From NCBI RefSeq assembly GCF_006345805.1, contig NC_043002.1, forward strand, positions 43,834,001-43,898,000: 64,000 bases of DNA. Reading direction: 5' to 3'. The notes under the pieces are model-generated. The model saw nothing but the letters and a program-made list of their open reading frames with translations. It was not told where the DNA came from and did not search any database. Numbering within the stretch: the stretch's first letter is position 1; every line of letters starts with the position of its first letter. Shown here piece by piece: positions 12,620-26,880 of the stretch. Origin of the DNA: Octopus sinensis. Its lineage: Eukaryota. The position numbers and the translations under genes were made by a program.

Positions 12620-13278
12620 AGATAACAATATTTATTTGGATAAATTGTGGTTTTGTGCTATGTTTTTAATAATTTTACATTATTCATGTCTTATAATGGA
12701 TATTTCATATTTTTGAATCATATTTGTAATTTATTACTTTCATTCATTTTTTATTTTGTTAAACAAAGGCAATATTTTACATTATGACCAACAGTCATCC
12801 CCCCCACCACCACCACCACCTTCCTACTTAAGTTTGCAGCTAGTTTTGCAGGGTATCAGTAATCTAGAGATTGTGCTCAATGCTATCTGAAATAATTTTA
12901 ATTAATGCATTTGGATTTTTCCTTTTAATTAATCTTTTTCCTCAATTGATTACTCTCTTCCAATATTTTCAGTTTCCATCCATGAGCTCTAATATCTTAT
13001 TGCTGGTATTTTTCAGATTATTTTGACTAACTCCTTGGGGAGTTATTCCTATATCTGCATTTTAGTAATTCTTCCATATCAAGTTCTATATAATTTTCAC
13101 TCACTCTGAGTACTGAATCTTTTTTTTTTCTTTTTGTAGCCATGCATCTCTCTTACAGTGAGACATGTATTCCTGTCTCTCTATGATATTTTAACCCCTC
13201 ATTATCTGGTATAAAGCCACCCACCTCAATCCTACATCATCCCCTCAGTGGAGGAAGTCTTGTTTCACAAGTTATTTG

Positions 13279-13586
13279 TGTGTGTTCCTTCTCAAGTCAT
13301 GCCTGGCTCATAAGGGCCAGTTTCCCGGTTTCTTTGGCGTATAGGTTCCCCACCTGAACGGGACGCCAGTCCATCGCAGGTAAGCTGCAAGATGCAGGAG
13401 GAAAGAGTGAGAGAAAGTTATGGTGAAAGAGTCAGCAGAAGTTCGCCATTACCTTCTGCTGGAGCCGCGTAGAGCTTAGGTGTTTCGCTCGTAAACACAC
13501 ACATCGCCCGGTCTGAGATTCGAACCCGCAATCCCTCCCTCAACCGTGAGTCCGCTGCTCTAACCACTAGGCCATGTGCCTCCACA
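13279..13586 (-). mobile_element. Second tRNA-derived SINE family with a 13-bp target site duplication
   Basis: Minus-strand A box tggcctagtgg and B box ggttcgaatc. TSD cacaagttaYttg at 13266-13278 and 13587-13599. Confidence 0.85.
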
Positions 13587-13817
13587 CACAAGTTACTTGG
13601 TGATCTCACTGCTGCTGGTGCCATGTAAATAGTACTCAATATACTCTAAAACGTGGTTGGCATTTGGAAGAGGATCTAGTTGTAGAAACCATACCAAAGC
13701 AGACATTAGAGCTTAGCAAATTCCTCTAGGTTGTCAGCTCTTGTCAAATCATTCACCCCACACCAGTACAGAAAATAGATGTTAACTGGTGATGATGATG
13801 ATGATGATGATGATGAT
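13587..13817 (+). mobile_element. Old RTE-type 3' tail (target of the SINE at 13279)
   Basis: caagttacttggtgatctc..gtggttggcatttggaagaggatctagttgtagaaacc..(gat)n. Confidence 0.65.
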
Positions 13818-15736
13818 AGAACAAGCAACCACTTTTTCTATAAATGCTTTCCTTTTTAATTTTATTTATATTATTTACTTACTTAATTTTGTCAAGATTG
13901 TATTTCTAGAAGTTAAACCATAAAACTAAAGTTACATTTTTCTGCTAAATTTCTGTCTTGTTTACTTTAATTGCATTTTCAAATTATTTTCTTGTTCAGC
14001 TTTTGATGTTTTATTTTAATGCTTTCAGAAATGCTAACTTCAAAGATCTCTCATTATTTAATCATACTTTTATTAAACCTGTTATTAGTCTTCTGTTTCA
14101 TATATTTGTCTTTGCCTGTATATGTTGACTTCTAGTTTGGAGTTCAATAGTTTGCACTCTATTAGTTTCAAAAATTCTAATTGAGTAGGAGTCTGTGGTA
14201 ATTGTAATAATTGAGAAAGACTCCAGATATAAATATTTCATAAAATTTGAAACATTAAAGAAGCTTATATAACTTGGTTCTCTCTTTCATAATTTAGTTG
14301 GCTTCATGTTATTACACTGTCACTATACAGTTGGTAATAATTTTAAAGTTTGGCACATGGCTTCAAATTTGAAGGCAAGCGATATAGTTTATTAAATTTA
14401 CTCCAGTGTATAGCTGCTACTTTTTAAAAAATATTCTTGGAGAAATGAAAATTAAACACAACCATGTTAACCTTTGAACATATGGAGACTAATTGCCTTT
14501 TATAGTCCCAGTCTGACCAGAGCCTTGTGAGTGGATTTCATAGATGAAAACTGAAAGAAGTTCATCATACGTGTGTGTGTGAGTGTGTGTGTGTTTCTGT
14601 TTAAGTGTATCTCCTTATCTTGACACAGTGATTGTGAACAAATGTCAGTTATTTCTAATATTTTTCAAAGATATCATAAAAACCTATGTAATTTACGCAC
14701 TTTTTTTCCACAAAAATACAAATATACTTTAGTGGGTGCATAAATTACATGACTAGATCGTTACCAGAATTTTCAAAGAAATTTTTTTTGTTGGAAAAAG
14801 ACGTACAAAACACAAAGATTCATACTAGAAGCTGACTCATTTAATGGGCTTAAATATAACGAAGTTAACTTTTATGCTGGACAGTATAACACTTAGATTT
14901 TCTGTATGAATTTACCAAAACCATTAAATTGTTAACTACTTTTTGAAGTCTGACATACATGCTGGTAATCATGGTCCGGGCTATATTTTACATATTTCAT
15001 TCGGCTGAGTGAAGTGTCATCCAAGCTGATGTTTATTGGTAATTAAACTTAATTTGCAACACCCGTGCATATTTGTCAGCTTTGTTTTTGTTCATAATTC
15101 TTATCAACAACTTTGGTTTGAAAGACATACAACAGTATGCTAAAGGTGGGACATAATCTCTTGTGGACAAGAAATGTAAAAGAAAGTATATTAGAAACAA
15201 GATTATCTTACATCTTTCCAGCAACAACCTTGGGCACCTTTTTGAATTCCATATGATAAACACTTGTGGACATGCTTATAAAATCAAAAAATTAACACAG
15301 CACCCATGACTTTCAGAAATATTTTCCAAGCTCACAATTGCTGAAGCATGGAATAAACTACCTGCATCAGTTGTTAGCTGTTGAGACATTACATTCTTCA
15401 AAACTTCCATGCTTCCTGAAATCTTCCACCAGAATACCTGATGACTTTTTTTGTTTTTTTACTTGTAGTGCACCTCATCAGCACTGTATACAACAATTTC
15501 CTCCATTATATCATATATATAGATACTCACAATTTGTAAAATAATACTTCAGTTATTTCTGGTTATGCAGAGACACACAAACACACAGGCTCGTAAAGGT
15601 ACATGCATGTGTGCACACACACACACAAACATACAGTCTCATACAGTTATGTACACATACCCACACATGTAATCTCATACAGTTATGTGTACACACACAA
15701 ACACCCTTAAATACAGTCTCATACACTTACATTCAT

Positions 15737-15772
<36 letters not shown>

Positions 15773-16989
15773 AGCATCATATTTTTCATTTATTTATTTT
15801 TATTATTGGAATGCTAACGTTGAGGGAGAAGGAGGAGGGTATACTGAGTGGCTAAAGCAGACTGCCATTGTCAGTCTCATAAGGGAGGAGAAGGAGGGTA
15901 TAGGGAGCGAGTAAAACACTGACAGGTGTCAGTCCTGCAAAACCAATTTTATTTATATAGACAGACAACACAAACATTTTGTAATTTAATAGCTTTTAAT
16001 GTGATACCTGCTAAACAGAAATTATTTTTATTTAATGAAAATTTAATAAAATCTAATCATAAGTAAGTGAAATTATGCTAAATACAAATAAATTGGAAAC
16101 CTTTTCTCCCTGGCTATATTGGCAATTCTGAAAACTTTTGGGTGCGAATTTTACATGAATTTTATCCTGAAAATCACCTGTGTAAATTACAAAGGTGTGC
16201 AATTTACATGGGTTTTTACAGTATGTCTGGTCATAGAGATTTATTACTCCCCTTTGAAATAGGTATGGTTTGATAACAAAAATCTGCCTCTGTTTCATCT
16301 ATCAAGCATGGAAACATGAACATTAAATTGAGAATGTCAGTGATGGAAGGATTTGAGGATTTTTTCTTTATTCCAACCTTTTCCTTATTCCATCTTATCA
16401 TCATCATTATTAAGACTAATATACTTTACTAATAGATAAATAAGAAGTTGCAATAGTTTAATTGGTTTATCACTGGCATCAGATTTAAGGTTTCAATGAA
16501 ATTTGTTCACACACACTTTTAATTCTTTATTCTCAGTAGCCTTACCATAGGGTTGACCAAAATGTTAGCTTGGATTTTTTAAAAGGAAATAAGATACAAG
16601 TTTTGTTGTGTCTAAGGGAAAGTCATTAATCCAGTATAATTAACACATGCACTGGTTCAATTCTACTCCTTTATTATTACTCAGTTGGTTAAATAGCCAA
16701 CTAACTAATCAATTGTTTAATTTGTTTTGTTTGTCAAAGCTTGTTCATTGCTACTAGCAACCTTTTCAAACCAGATACAAAAACAAAGTAAGATACAAGT
16801 TTTTAACAAAAAAAAAAAAAAAAGATTTATTCAATGATACAATTATGGTTAATTTCAACATCGTCTGCTATCTTATGAGCAGATCCATTATTCCTCTCTT
16901 ATACATTTTCTTGTCTCTATTGGCAAATAATTCTTCCTGGTGAATTTCTACATCCTCTTCAGAGATGAATTTTCTAGAAACTAAAACAG

Positions 16990-17790
16990 GTGGAAATATA
17001 AAGGCACAAAATTGGGTGGATATGGTGGGTGAGCCAAAACTTCTCAGCTAGGCCCTAGCAACGTCATCTGTGTCTGCAAAGACGTATCTGGTCTGACATT
17101 GTCGTGATGAAAGACAATTCTCTTACAATTGGTGAGTTTTTGATATTTCTGGCGGATTACTGCATTAAATTTCTCCAGCTGGTCACAGTACACTTCCAGG
17201 TTGATGGTCCACTTCATAGAAGAAGACTGTAAAGGCAACACCCTTTCACCAAATTAAAAGCATAACCTTGTTTGAATGAAGTCTTGCTTTGGAGTTCATG
17301 TGTAGTGGTTTGCTGCACTTCCTCCATAAGTTTTTGCAATTCACTTTGTTATAGACTATCCTTTCTTCATCCCCTAATCACCATTCTCTTAAAAAAAAGA
17401 AAAAAAATCGTTTTTTTTCTTACACATCTGCAATGAATCAAGATGGATGTTCATTGTTCCACATTTTCCTCATTCAGTTGAAGTGAGACGTAAACACCAA
17501 GCCTGCTTATTCAATCAAATTGATCCTGGTTATGAAATGTGGGTTGGTCTCAACTAAATCCTTCATTTTGTCCTTGTTAATCTCAGTTGTTGGCCAGCCA
17601 GAGCAAAGTGCATCTTGAATGGAAAAATTTCCTGACCAAATTTCTGAAAAACCCACTTCTGGTACACACATTTTGTAACAGCATCTTCTCTGTACATAGT
17701 ACATATCTTCCTGCAGGTTTCCACTCCTTGCTTACTCTTTTTAAAATAGAAAAAGGCATGACATGTTAAAAATATTCATTTTAAATTCTC
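16990..17790 (-). pseudogene. Decayed mariner transposase
   Basis: Relic HTH GNFSIQDALCSGWP..KDLVETNP and catalytic region EVYCDQLEK..IVFHHDNVRPDTS (mariner HHDNARPH motif). Confidence 0.8.
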
Positions 17791-17939
17791 CATTTTCACA
17801 GTGATCGTAAACACTCCAAATACCACCTATCTTGTTGCAAGTTTGCATCAAACTATGTTAGTGTATCAAGTATCTAATGAGTATGCATACACAAAGGGGA
17901 AAAAAGGCAAACAAACTGTTTGGTCAACCACTATCATAT

Positions 17940-19395
17940 TTTGTCATCACTTAATGTCTGTTTTCTCTGCTGGCATGAGTTGAACAGTTTGACAAGAGCT
18001 AGCAAAACCTGGAGCCACACCAGGTTCCATTCTGTTTTGGCATGGTCTCTACAGTTGGATAGCCTTCCTGACACCAACTATTTTACAGAGTGTACCTGGT
18101 GCTTTTGATGTATCACCAGCACCAATGCTTTTTATATGGCACCAGCACTGACTAGATCACCAGTATCTTGCAAGACAAAACCCCCTTGACTGGGAACTGG
18201 CGAGTTGTATTGAAGGGGTGTGCATTTGTACCAGTTGAGAGACTAAAGGTATAGAGGGACAGAGATGGGTATCTTTCTGAAGACTAGATATCTGGATACC
18301 CCAGATGGAAAGAGAGAGGGTGAGTTAGAGAGTAAGATAAAGAGAGAAATATTGGGAACAATGTACTGAGACATGCCCTCGAGGGACATTAGGGGTGGTG
18401 AGAATAAGTGAAGTGATATAGAGGTTTGGGGTTGGGTGAATGGACATGACTGAGTTGACTGAAGCAATGATGGAGGGCTTGGGGGCGAGAGGTTTCAGCA
18501 GATACGTAAGGGCATTAAGGCCAATAGCAGTTAGCAAGATGAAGAACTGCACATGGAGGGGAGAGAAGGCACAAAAAAGGAAGTGATTGATAGAAAAAGT
18601 AGATGGAGGAAGACATTAGAAAATGGAAGTGATTTAGGTGTGGGAAGAAAGGTAATTAAGAAAGCCAGGTGGGATATAGTATGCACCTATTCTGCTTTCA
18701 GGTGATAGAGAAGTGATGACTACTAGGGGATGAAATATGGAGGGAGACATTGATGGAGTAGAGATGGAACCCCTCACAGACAAGTATTATGAAGGTGGTT
18801 TTAAGATATCAAGTCTGCAATGGCAGACAAGTTTTCTTGAGTACTGCAAGGCATCAGATATCTCGGTCCTTTGTCATTTCCTTCATAAAGCTCAGAATTC
18901 TTGAGAATGGTTTTCAATACTTTGACCCATGTCTTCCTGGGTTTCCCCATTCCAGAAGTTCCATCCACTTTCAGTGATTGGCACTTCTTTCTGCAACTGT
19001 CCAAATGTATCCACCACATGACCAAATCAGTGCAGTCTTCTCTCTTGCATACTACATTTAATTCCTCTTATCCTTATCTTTTCTTTTAATACACTAGTGT
19101 TTGTCACTGACATTTCTCATCCAGTGGAGCATAGCAGCTTCACTCTAGTCTTCACATGTCCTTTGAATTCAGGGCCCATATCTCAATAGCATGTAGCATT
19201 GCCCTTTGCACACGTGTCATACAATCTCCCTTTCACTTGGAGAAAGAGACATTTAGTTGCCAACAGTGGCAAAAGCTCTCTGAACTTTCTACATTTTTTT
19301 CTTATTCTAGCAATTAAGCTTCCAGTTCATTCTCCTCCACTGCTAATTAGGTCACCTAGGCAGCAGAAATTATCCATTACTTCTTGAAATCCTCT
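17940..19395 (-). mobile_element. Old RTE LINE relic: tail 17940-18190 and RT C-terminus 18780-19395, with unrelated purine-rich sequence between
   Basis: KKCQSLKVDGTSGMGKPRKTW on the minus strand. Antisense tail ..ctacagttggatagccttcctgacaccaac... Confidence 0.7.
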
Positions 19396-20639
19396 GGAGC
19401 ATTTGAGAAAATAAATTTCCCATATGAAACTGAACTTGGTATGTGTGTATGTGTTTTACTGCATAACAGTATGTATTGGTGTGTTGGTTTATATACATCC
19501 CCAACTCTTAGCAAAAGAGAAACTGTTAGAATAAGTAACAAACTTAAATTAAGAACTGAAGTTTATTTGACAGAAGCTGTGCCCCAGTACGGCTGCATTC
19601 CAATGACTAAAACCAGTAAGAGTAATGAAATAAAAATGTAGTAGTAGAGATTTTTAATCACTTCTTATGATGAGAAATACCTAGTTATATGATTTGGTCA
19701 TATATATCTTTAAAAAACTGTGTGTGTGTGTGTGCCTGTGTGCATGTGTGTGTATGTGTGCGTGTGTGTGTGTGTGTGTGCGTGTGCATGCGCATATGTA
19801 TGTGTGTATGTGTATATGAATGTAGAAGGAAACTTAATCATTAGTATCTGTTCTGGGTTATGTAATGGAAGTTGAAACCAAACAAATTATGGAAGAGTGA
19901 GGTAGAATTACATAATGTTACAAATCTAATGAAAAGTTTGTCTAGAAGACATGCATGCACATACACACACGCACACACAGTGTTGTCAAGAAACTTGGGG
20001 TTTAGTCCCACTGTGTGATACCTTGGGCAAGTGTCTTCTGGTTTAGCTATGACCATGTAGTCAGTAATTAAGTTGGTGGTAACATGTTATTGCAGCAAGC
20101 ATCACAAATTTAATTAGGAATGATAATGCTGTGATAAAAAGATACATTCCGCTCAGTCCCTATTATTAACTCGGTGTAGTTAATATTGTTAATATTGAAG
20201 CAGTATTAAATTATAAACACCAGCCCTTTTACAGCTCCTTGTCATGTAGAGGTTAATACTAATATGTCAATTACTGTGACTGCATGATCACAGAAATGGT
20301 TTTACTTTGAGATTGACTAAGACTAATAATGTAGCATTTACATCTTTGCTACATGTAGGATCATGGTGTAGATGTATAAACATTTATACAATTATTTTTT
20401 TTTTCTGTTTTTGTTTTCTTTTAATAGAAAATTGGAAGTTGCTTTGCTACTTATATCTAAGGTTTGAAATATTTTTACTATCTTGAAAGTAATGGAAAAC
20501 AAATGGTTACCAAAAAATCAAAGCTAATTAAATTAGAAGTCACTTGTTTTCATTTACCTCATATACAATACATTAATGCAATACATTAAAATGCTTAGAG
20601 CTACAAATGCTGGTTGCACAACAGGTATAGCTCTGCTAT

Positions 20640-21140
20640 CACCACCAGTACGTTGAGAAGGGCCTCAAGCAAAGAGACACTATCTCTCTAAAATTCTTTT
20701 TTGCATATCTAGAAAGGGCCATCAAGGACATTGACTGGAGAGGTGGCATGAGCATCAATGGTGAGCAACAAACAACATGTAGCACAAAGCTGAAAAGATG
20801 TGGGAAGCAATGAAAGTGAGGAGAGAAAGGAGTGTATCTACTTAGGTCACACAATGAATATGAACCTAGATATGGATGCTGAAATCTCAAAGAGAATAAG
20901 GGCAGAAGGGAAGGCATTAACTCAATAAAGGATGTGCCCCAAACAAACCTGGATAATGCCATACTTGCCAGACTCTGCAATACCACCATCCTACCTGCGC
21001 TTTTATACTCTGTGGGATGGGGGCTATTATGAAGAGGAGAGAACACTGACTGGCTGCAATGCAAAGGTCCATGGAAAAACCAATGCTAGAAATGTCGTTG
21101 AGTACATTCAAAATGAGATAATTCAATGCCTTTGATGTGA
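20640..21140 (+). mobile_element. Decayed RT fragment of a different RTE/BovB-like family
   Basis: Frameshifted EKGLKQRDTISLKFF (GxxQGDxxSPxLF-like), CIYLG, AEISKRIR, NTTILPALLY. Confidence 0.6.
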
Positions 21141-24100
21141 AACAGTTACAGGATGCTATCAAGAAGGAAATTCTAAGTCAACTTGATGAGCTCATTGAGG
21201 ATTCCAGTTTGCTAGTTTAGAAAATTAAAAGCTGCAAATGGTAAGCAAAACCTCCAGTCCAGCAGGAGCCTGGTTGAAGAATCTGGAAGGAGACAAAGAA
21301 AATGTTGCAGAAATGGGAAACAGTGAAGATGAACATGAATTATCACCAAGTATTTCATTCTCTGGAAAGCGATCTTACAATATTTAAGAAGGACTTTGAG
21401 AATTATAGACAGAAGAAATTGATACAGGCTGCAGATGAGAAGAGAAGTTTAAAAAAAAAATTGTATAAATTAATTGTCATTAAACGAAAAAAATTTCTAC
21501 TGTATCTAAAATGGATCATTGCCCTTCAAAGTACAGTGCAGTATTTTAGCTTGCTGCATTTACACTACCTGTGTTTTATGAGGTTAATAAAACTTGTTCT
21601 TCACTTAAATTATACTTATATTTCTTCCTATTTCTCTTATTTACGTTCAGAATATTAATGATGATACAGGTGCATATATAGAGTTTTAATGAGTTTTATT
21701 AAGTGCTATGGTTATTTAAAAAGTGATGATTAGTTCTCCAGAAAATTCACTTATTTGGTAACCCTCTGGTCCCAGTGGTGCTAGAAAGAAGGTTCTATAC
21801 TCTATACCTCACTTTTGGTTTGTACTTAGGTATAGTATTAGCTTGAAATAACATTTTATATCAGGACTTTAGCTATTTTCTGTGTATGAAGCCAAACGTA
21901 AATAAAATTATTTTCCTTTTTATTTATTTATTTTGCATGAAGATTTCCATGTGACTGTTGGAACATTTCTTGTCATATGATTTTATTGACCTTTTCTGAA
22001 GCTTTCCGGTGCAGCCAAGTACAAATTTAACTTATGTTTTCCCAAGCTAATATTCTATAATTCAGATGGAAGAATATGGAGTTATTAAGCATATACATGA
22101 ACTTTCTGTATCTTTTAATAGCACAAATTATTTTCCTGTTGTCAATTCATACAGCTATGAAAGTACACGATGTATCTCCTCTGATTCTATCTGCATTATT
22201 TGTAGTCAATAAATCAATACTACCAATGAGCAAAGTAAGCAGTATTTAGCAAAGAAAATTTTAAAAAAATAATAAAAATTGCTGGAATCTCAGAAAACTA
22301 GTTATGTTTTATGTTGGCAAAAAATGTTAATATATTTCACAAAATAAGATTGTGTGCATGAGGAGAGGTAAGTTTTGATGTTCCATGATAAAAAAACTTC
22401 CTTAAAGACCAAAAGAAAAATGAATAAATGAAAAATAAAATTTTAAATTTTAAAACAAATAAAATAAAAACAGTGATAGTGTAAAAAGTCTTCTCTCTAA
22501 ACAACGAGTATACTTATTTTGTGAATTTTGTTAAAATTGATTCATAAGAGCTTAAACCAAGTTTCTTAGAATTTAGCCAGATTGATTTATTAATTAGTTT
22601 ATTTTGAAGTCTAACATGTGGCATCATCTTCCCTGAAGAGAGCATTTCTATTACCAGTATGATGTAAATTTAGGCTTATAGCATTGTGAGTAATCCAAGG
22701 ATTGAAGCTAGTGATATGTCATAATCACTGATTATTTCTGGATGCCAGAAATTAACCCAGATTTTGACACTGATCTGTGCTCCAATTATTTTATGAAATT
22801 TTATGTGCTGGTAGAAAACTGCCTTTGTGTGTCAACCTCATAATTTCTGATCTTTATTAAAGATTATGTTGAACTGCCAATGATTTTATCTACTAAATTA
22901 CAATTTTGTAAGATAAATATAAATGTTAAAAGAATATGTTGACTCAAGGGTCATAAATATAAAATATAATCAACCAGCAATTACATTACTCCATCTGGTG
23001 TCATGCTTATGTATTCACATTGTTTTGATTTAATCTTGTTCAAGAGGGTTATCAACAATATTTGTTTATAATTACAACATTTTGCATGTAAGCCTGAAAT
23101 TTTGACAGTAGGCTACCAATGATTCAGTTAAGTATTTTCAGTAAAGTCAGGGATATGTATTGGTGTTGTCTTTTTTTTTTGTGACATTACCATATTATTT
23201 TGAATGACTTTCTGAAGGACTTCACTTCCACTATGAAAATTCTTTGCTTCATTGGATGAAAATTCAGAAACATCCATATCTGACTCATCCAAAGACAAAT
23301 CACTGTTATTTTCTTTTTTTTCTTTCTACATTTTATAAGTTTACATGTATATATGCTTCAAAGTTAGAATCACTACTCGCTGAAGCCATATTAGTATAAT
23401 TACGAAAATATTGATCTCAACTCAGACGATGTACCATTAAAGATTTTCCAGTATTTATGATTATGTTTAGCAGAAATGACTTGATCTCACATCATCTCAG
23501 AGCTTTGAGATTTCAGTGATGATTGTTTATGTCTGAAATGACATTGTAAGGTAAGTGTGAGAGACTGAATCTGACCAGTTTGAACCTTAAATATGTAGAG
23601 TATTTCAGCTGGATATGGGCAGTTGAAATGACAAAGTTTTATGACGAATGTAAATGTAAAAGGAAAAATGATTTCTGTATCAATTAAGTATGCTGTTTAG
23701 CCCTAAGTTATCCTTGATTGATTTAGTAAACCTATAATCAAAGGTATTAGAACTCCATCCAGTCTCTTAAAGAGTATTTAGGACTACATCATCCATTGTG
23801 TTCTTTCTTTTTTCTAGCAGATCAAGTTATCACATAATTTTTCTGTATTTACTTACGGCAACCATATTTGTTCAGATATTAAGACCGTACTTACTTATCG
23901 AGCTTTCAGCACCAATATGCACTGCCTCTTTTCTATAGTTCTTTCTGCTGTATAAACTGTATTCTATTGTGGAATGTTTTCTAATTTCTCACCATATATG
24001 TTCTGCTATTCTTGATTTTATTGCTTCACCTAAGATTCACATTTCAATATTCCATCATTTCCCATCTTTAAAACATCTGGTTTACTATTTCGTAAACATG

Positions 24101-24248
24101 TCTTTATACAGGAAATTTTTCAATGCATAAGTGTCACACATAAACACTGTTCATTGTATCATCTCAATAAAATACCTACAATTAGGTGAAGCCACAATGA
24201 AATCCAGTTTTGGAGTTGCTGCACTTTTGTAAGTAGATGCAGATGTTA

Positions 24249-24659
24249 GGCATAGGAGTGGCTGTGTGGTAAGTAGCTTACTTACCGACCACATGGTTCA
24301 GGGTTCAGTCCCACTACGTGGCACCTTGGGCAAGTGTCTTCTACTATAGCCTCGGGCCGACCAAAGCCTTGTGAGTGGATTTGGTAGAAGGAAACTGAAA
24401 GAAGCCCGTCATATATATGTATATATATATGTATGTGTGTGTATGTTTGTGTGTCTGTGTTTGTCCTCCCAACATCGCTTGACAACCGATGCTGGTGTGT
24501 TTACGTCCCTGTAACTTAGCGGTTCGGCAAAAGAGACCGATAGAATAAGTACTAGCCTTACAAAGAATAAGTCCTGGGGTCGATTTGCTCGACTAAAGGT
24601 GGTGCTCCAGCATGGCCACAGTCAAATGACTGAAACAAGTGAAAGAGTAAAAGAGTAAA
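24249..24659 (+). mobile_element. Full-length young tRNA-derived SINE (octopus OK/OR-type; family not assigned)
   Basis: A box tggctgtgtgg, B-box-like ggttcagtccc, central (TA)/(TG) tract, (gagtaaaa)n tail. Near identical copies at 30928 and 50287. Confidence 0.9.
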
Positions 24660-25559
24660 GTTCTCGAGGTGGGCATTTATTTGTTTATTTTTTAAAGTAC
24701 TTTACAAAGTGGAACAATGTACTTCATATTTATAAGTTTTGTCATTTGTTACTTGAGCAGCCATAATTTCTTAGTGCATTTTGAAAAGTGTAGATAGCCT
24801 TCTTAGTGGAAAGTTAGTGATTTATTGAAGTCATAACAAATCATTAGACCATTGAGTTAATTTTATTTTTTAGTTCTTTTATCAGAGAAATTTCTGCTTG
24901 AAAAAAGATAAATATATTTGTGAAAGATATCAGATGAAAAAGCAGAACAAAGTAGGATGTCTTATTAAAAAAGTGTTTGTCATCATTATTATTATTTTAT
25001 CTGAATGCAGACTGAGATTTAAGGAAATATTGAAAGTTTTATTTCTTATATTCAATTTTCAGTTTGTTATTGAAATCTGAATAAAATCTTAATTTAGTTT
25101 TTAAAAAATATTTATTCAATGTTTTTTACTCTCTAATTTTGCCTTATGAAAATTGTCAGTTTTATTGATGTTAATTTCAAATTATATACTAAAGCAGTAA
25201 AAAAAAATTTTTTTTCTGTGTTTGTTTCTGTATTTGATTGTAAAAATAGTTTCATTTTGTATTGAGAGATCTTTGTTCTCATGTGTTGCAAAAGTAAGTA
25301 AAATATTTACTTTTCATCACTTTGCTATACTAACTATTAGTGATGTTATTTAACCCATATCTGTCAAAATTATAAGCTCCATGATAATAGTTGCTGCTGG
25401 ATTATCTTTAGCACCGAGTAATATCATTAATAATTAAAAGTGGCATGGGGAAAAGAGGAACTTATCCTCAATTCTGAAATCTGATGCAAATGCTTGCAAC
25501 AGAGGAAACTCCTGTAAAGATGCCCAAAGGCCGAGTGATAACATCAGAGGGAGTAATGT

Positions 25560-25830
25560 ATTAAGTGTACCACCCAAGTAGGGTTCTAGCATTTACCTCT
25601 CTCACTACACCATCCATATATAAATTAATCAGCCACATAGACATCACACAACCCTGTCTTAACCCCACCATCACATCAAACCATTCACTTATTTCACCAC
25701 TCATCCTAACGCACATAAAATCTCTGAACAGCTCTGAACAGTTGATCATCTACTCCATACAACTACAACACCTGCCACATTGCATCCCTATGCACTCAAG
25801 TCATATACCTTCTCTAGAGCCTTTATGGAT
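25560..25830 (-). mobile_element. Non-LTR RT fragment ending about 65 nt upstream of exon B
   Basis: EWFDVMVGLRQGCVMSMWLINLYMDGVVREVN, the RT motif GLRQGCxxSP. Confidence 0.75.
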
Positions 25831-25897
25831 CTAGAGAAAGCATATGTGAAATAATATTACTAGTAATAATATTGAATATTTTTTTCCTAATTTGCAG

Positions 25898-25997
25898 AAA
25901 ATGAAGTCTCACCTGTACCTTCTGATATGCAGCTTTCATCAGCAGTGGAGACTACTGATGGCCAGCAGACAAAAATATCTCCCAAGGCTCCAGAACA
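25898..25997 (+). CDS. TRAF3IP1: Internal coding exon B of the same gene, 100 nt, phase 1 to 2
   Basis: tttgcag|AA acceptor and CA|gtatgt donor. Open frame ENEVSPVPSDMQLSSAVETTDGQQTKISPKAPE. Phases match exon A (G|AA = Glu) and exon C (CA|T = His). Confidence 0.65.
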
Positions 25998-26419
25998 GTA
26001 TGTATTGTATTTAAATATACTGTCACAACTATTCATGTTATTTATGATATATGTTATAATATTCTAAAACCAGGCTCTTTTTTACAATCACTTTATTACT
26101 ATAATTAAGACTATGTATGAAATCATAGAAATTCTAATGCGCTACTTCAATAATGATGTTTGTATTTCTTATTCCCAGGTTTATTTCATACTATATGATA
26201 CTGGGTTGTGTTGTTTCTTTAGCTGCAGATGAAGAAAAGGAGGTCTTTCATTGATTGGTTTTCTTTTTAAAGTTTATCAGGAGAAGAGGTGAGGAAAAAG
26301 CAGTGTCAATGACTTCGCAGACTGGTGAGACTGATGCACATTATGTCCTGTTTGAACTTAAGCAAGTCACTGTCATTGCAGGATGAATGTGGATGGGAAG
26401 GGAATTAAAGATTTGGTTC

Positions 26420-26880
26420 TAATGCTTACAACAGAGTAAACTTGTGACTTTATCAGGGATGCCGAAAAGTAATGTTCTTTTTTCAAGCAAATAGTCTGAC
26501 ATTATATACCACGAATAGTTTACCAGCTATCTTCTAAATAATAGCTGTCTGGAAAAAGTGCTTGTGTACTGGACCAAAGTCATGGATTCCAACAGTAATA
26601 AAGACATCAGAATGATGGGCACCTTGTTCAAGGATAGATACACACAGCATCTGGCATCATTCTGGGTACAAAAATAAAAGACATGTGACATCCCTATCCA
26701 ATATGAAAGAAGTAAGCAAGCAACCCCCAGATAACATGGAACATTATTGCTAAGGCCGGGAAGTACAGGTGACAGAGTATCAAATGTGAGCTTTGCATTA
26801 CTGAAAAGCTAGACAACATCCAGTCAAAAGATAACATTTGAAACATTAGAGATGAAACTTTCTCTTTCTGCATGCTCTAG
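26420..26880 (+). pseudogene. Penelope-like element relic, GIY-YIG endonuclease C-terminus
   Basis: Manual translation across frameshifts: FKDRYTQHLASF, NKRHVTSLS, ITWNIIAKAGKY, KCELCITEKL, NIRDETFSFCM. This fits the Penelope pattern FKxRYxxH..SF / W.I..KA..Y / CxLCxxEK / LNxRxE..xC. Confidence 0.7.

Noticed and set aside
21240-21400. Acidic open stretch EGDKENVAEMGNSEDEHELSPS as a possible alternative exon
   Set aside because: No convincing acceptor/donor pair, and it runs into a stop.
24249-24330. tRNA genes at SINE heads (also 13500-13586, 27760-27842, 35608-35680)
   Set aside because: A/B boxes only, with no full cloverleaf, and they continue into SINE bodies.
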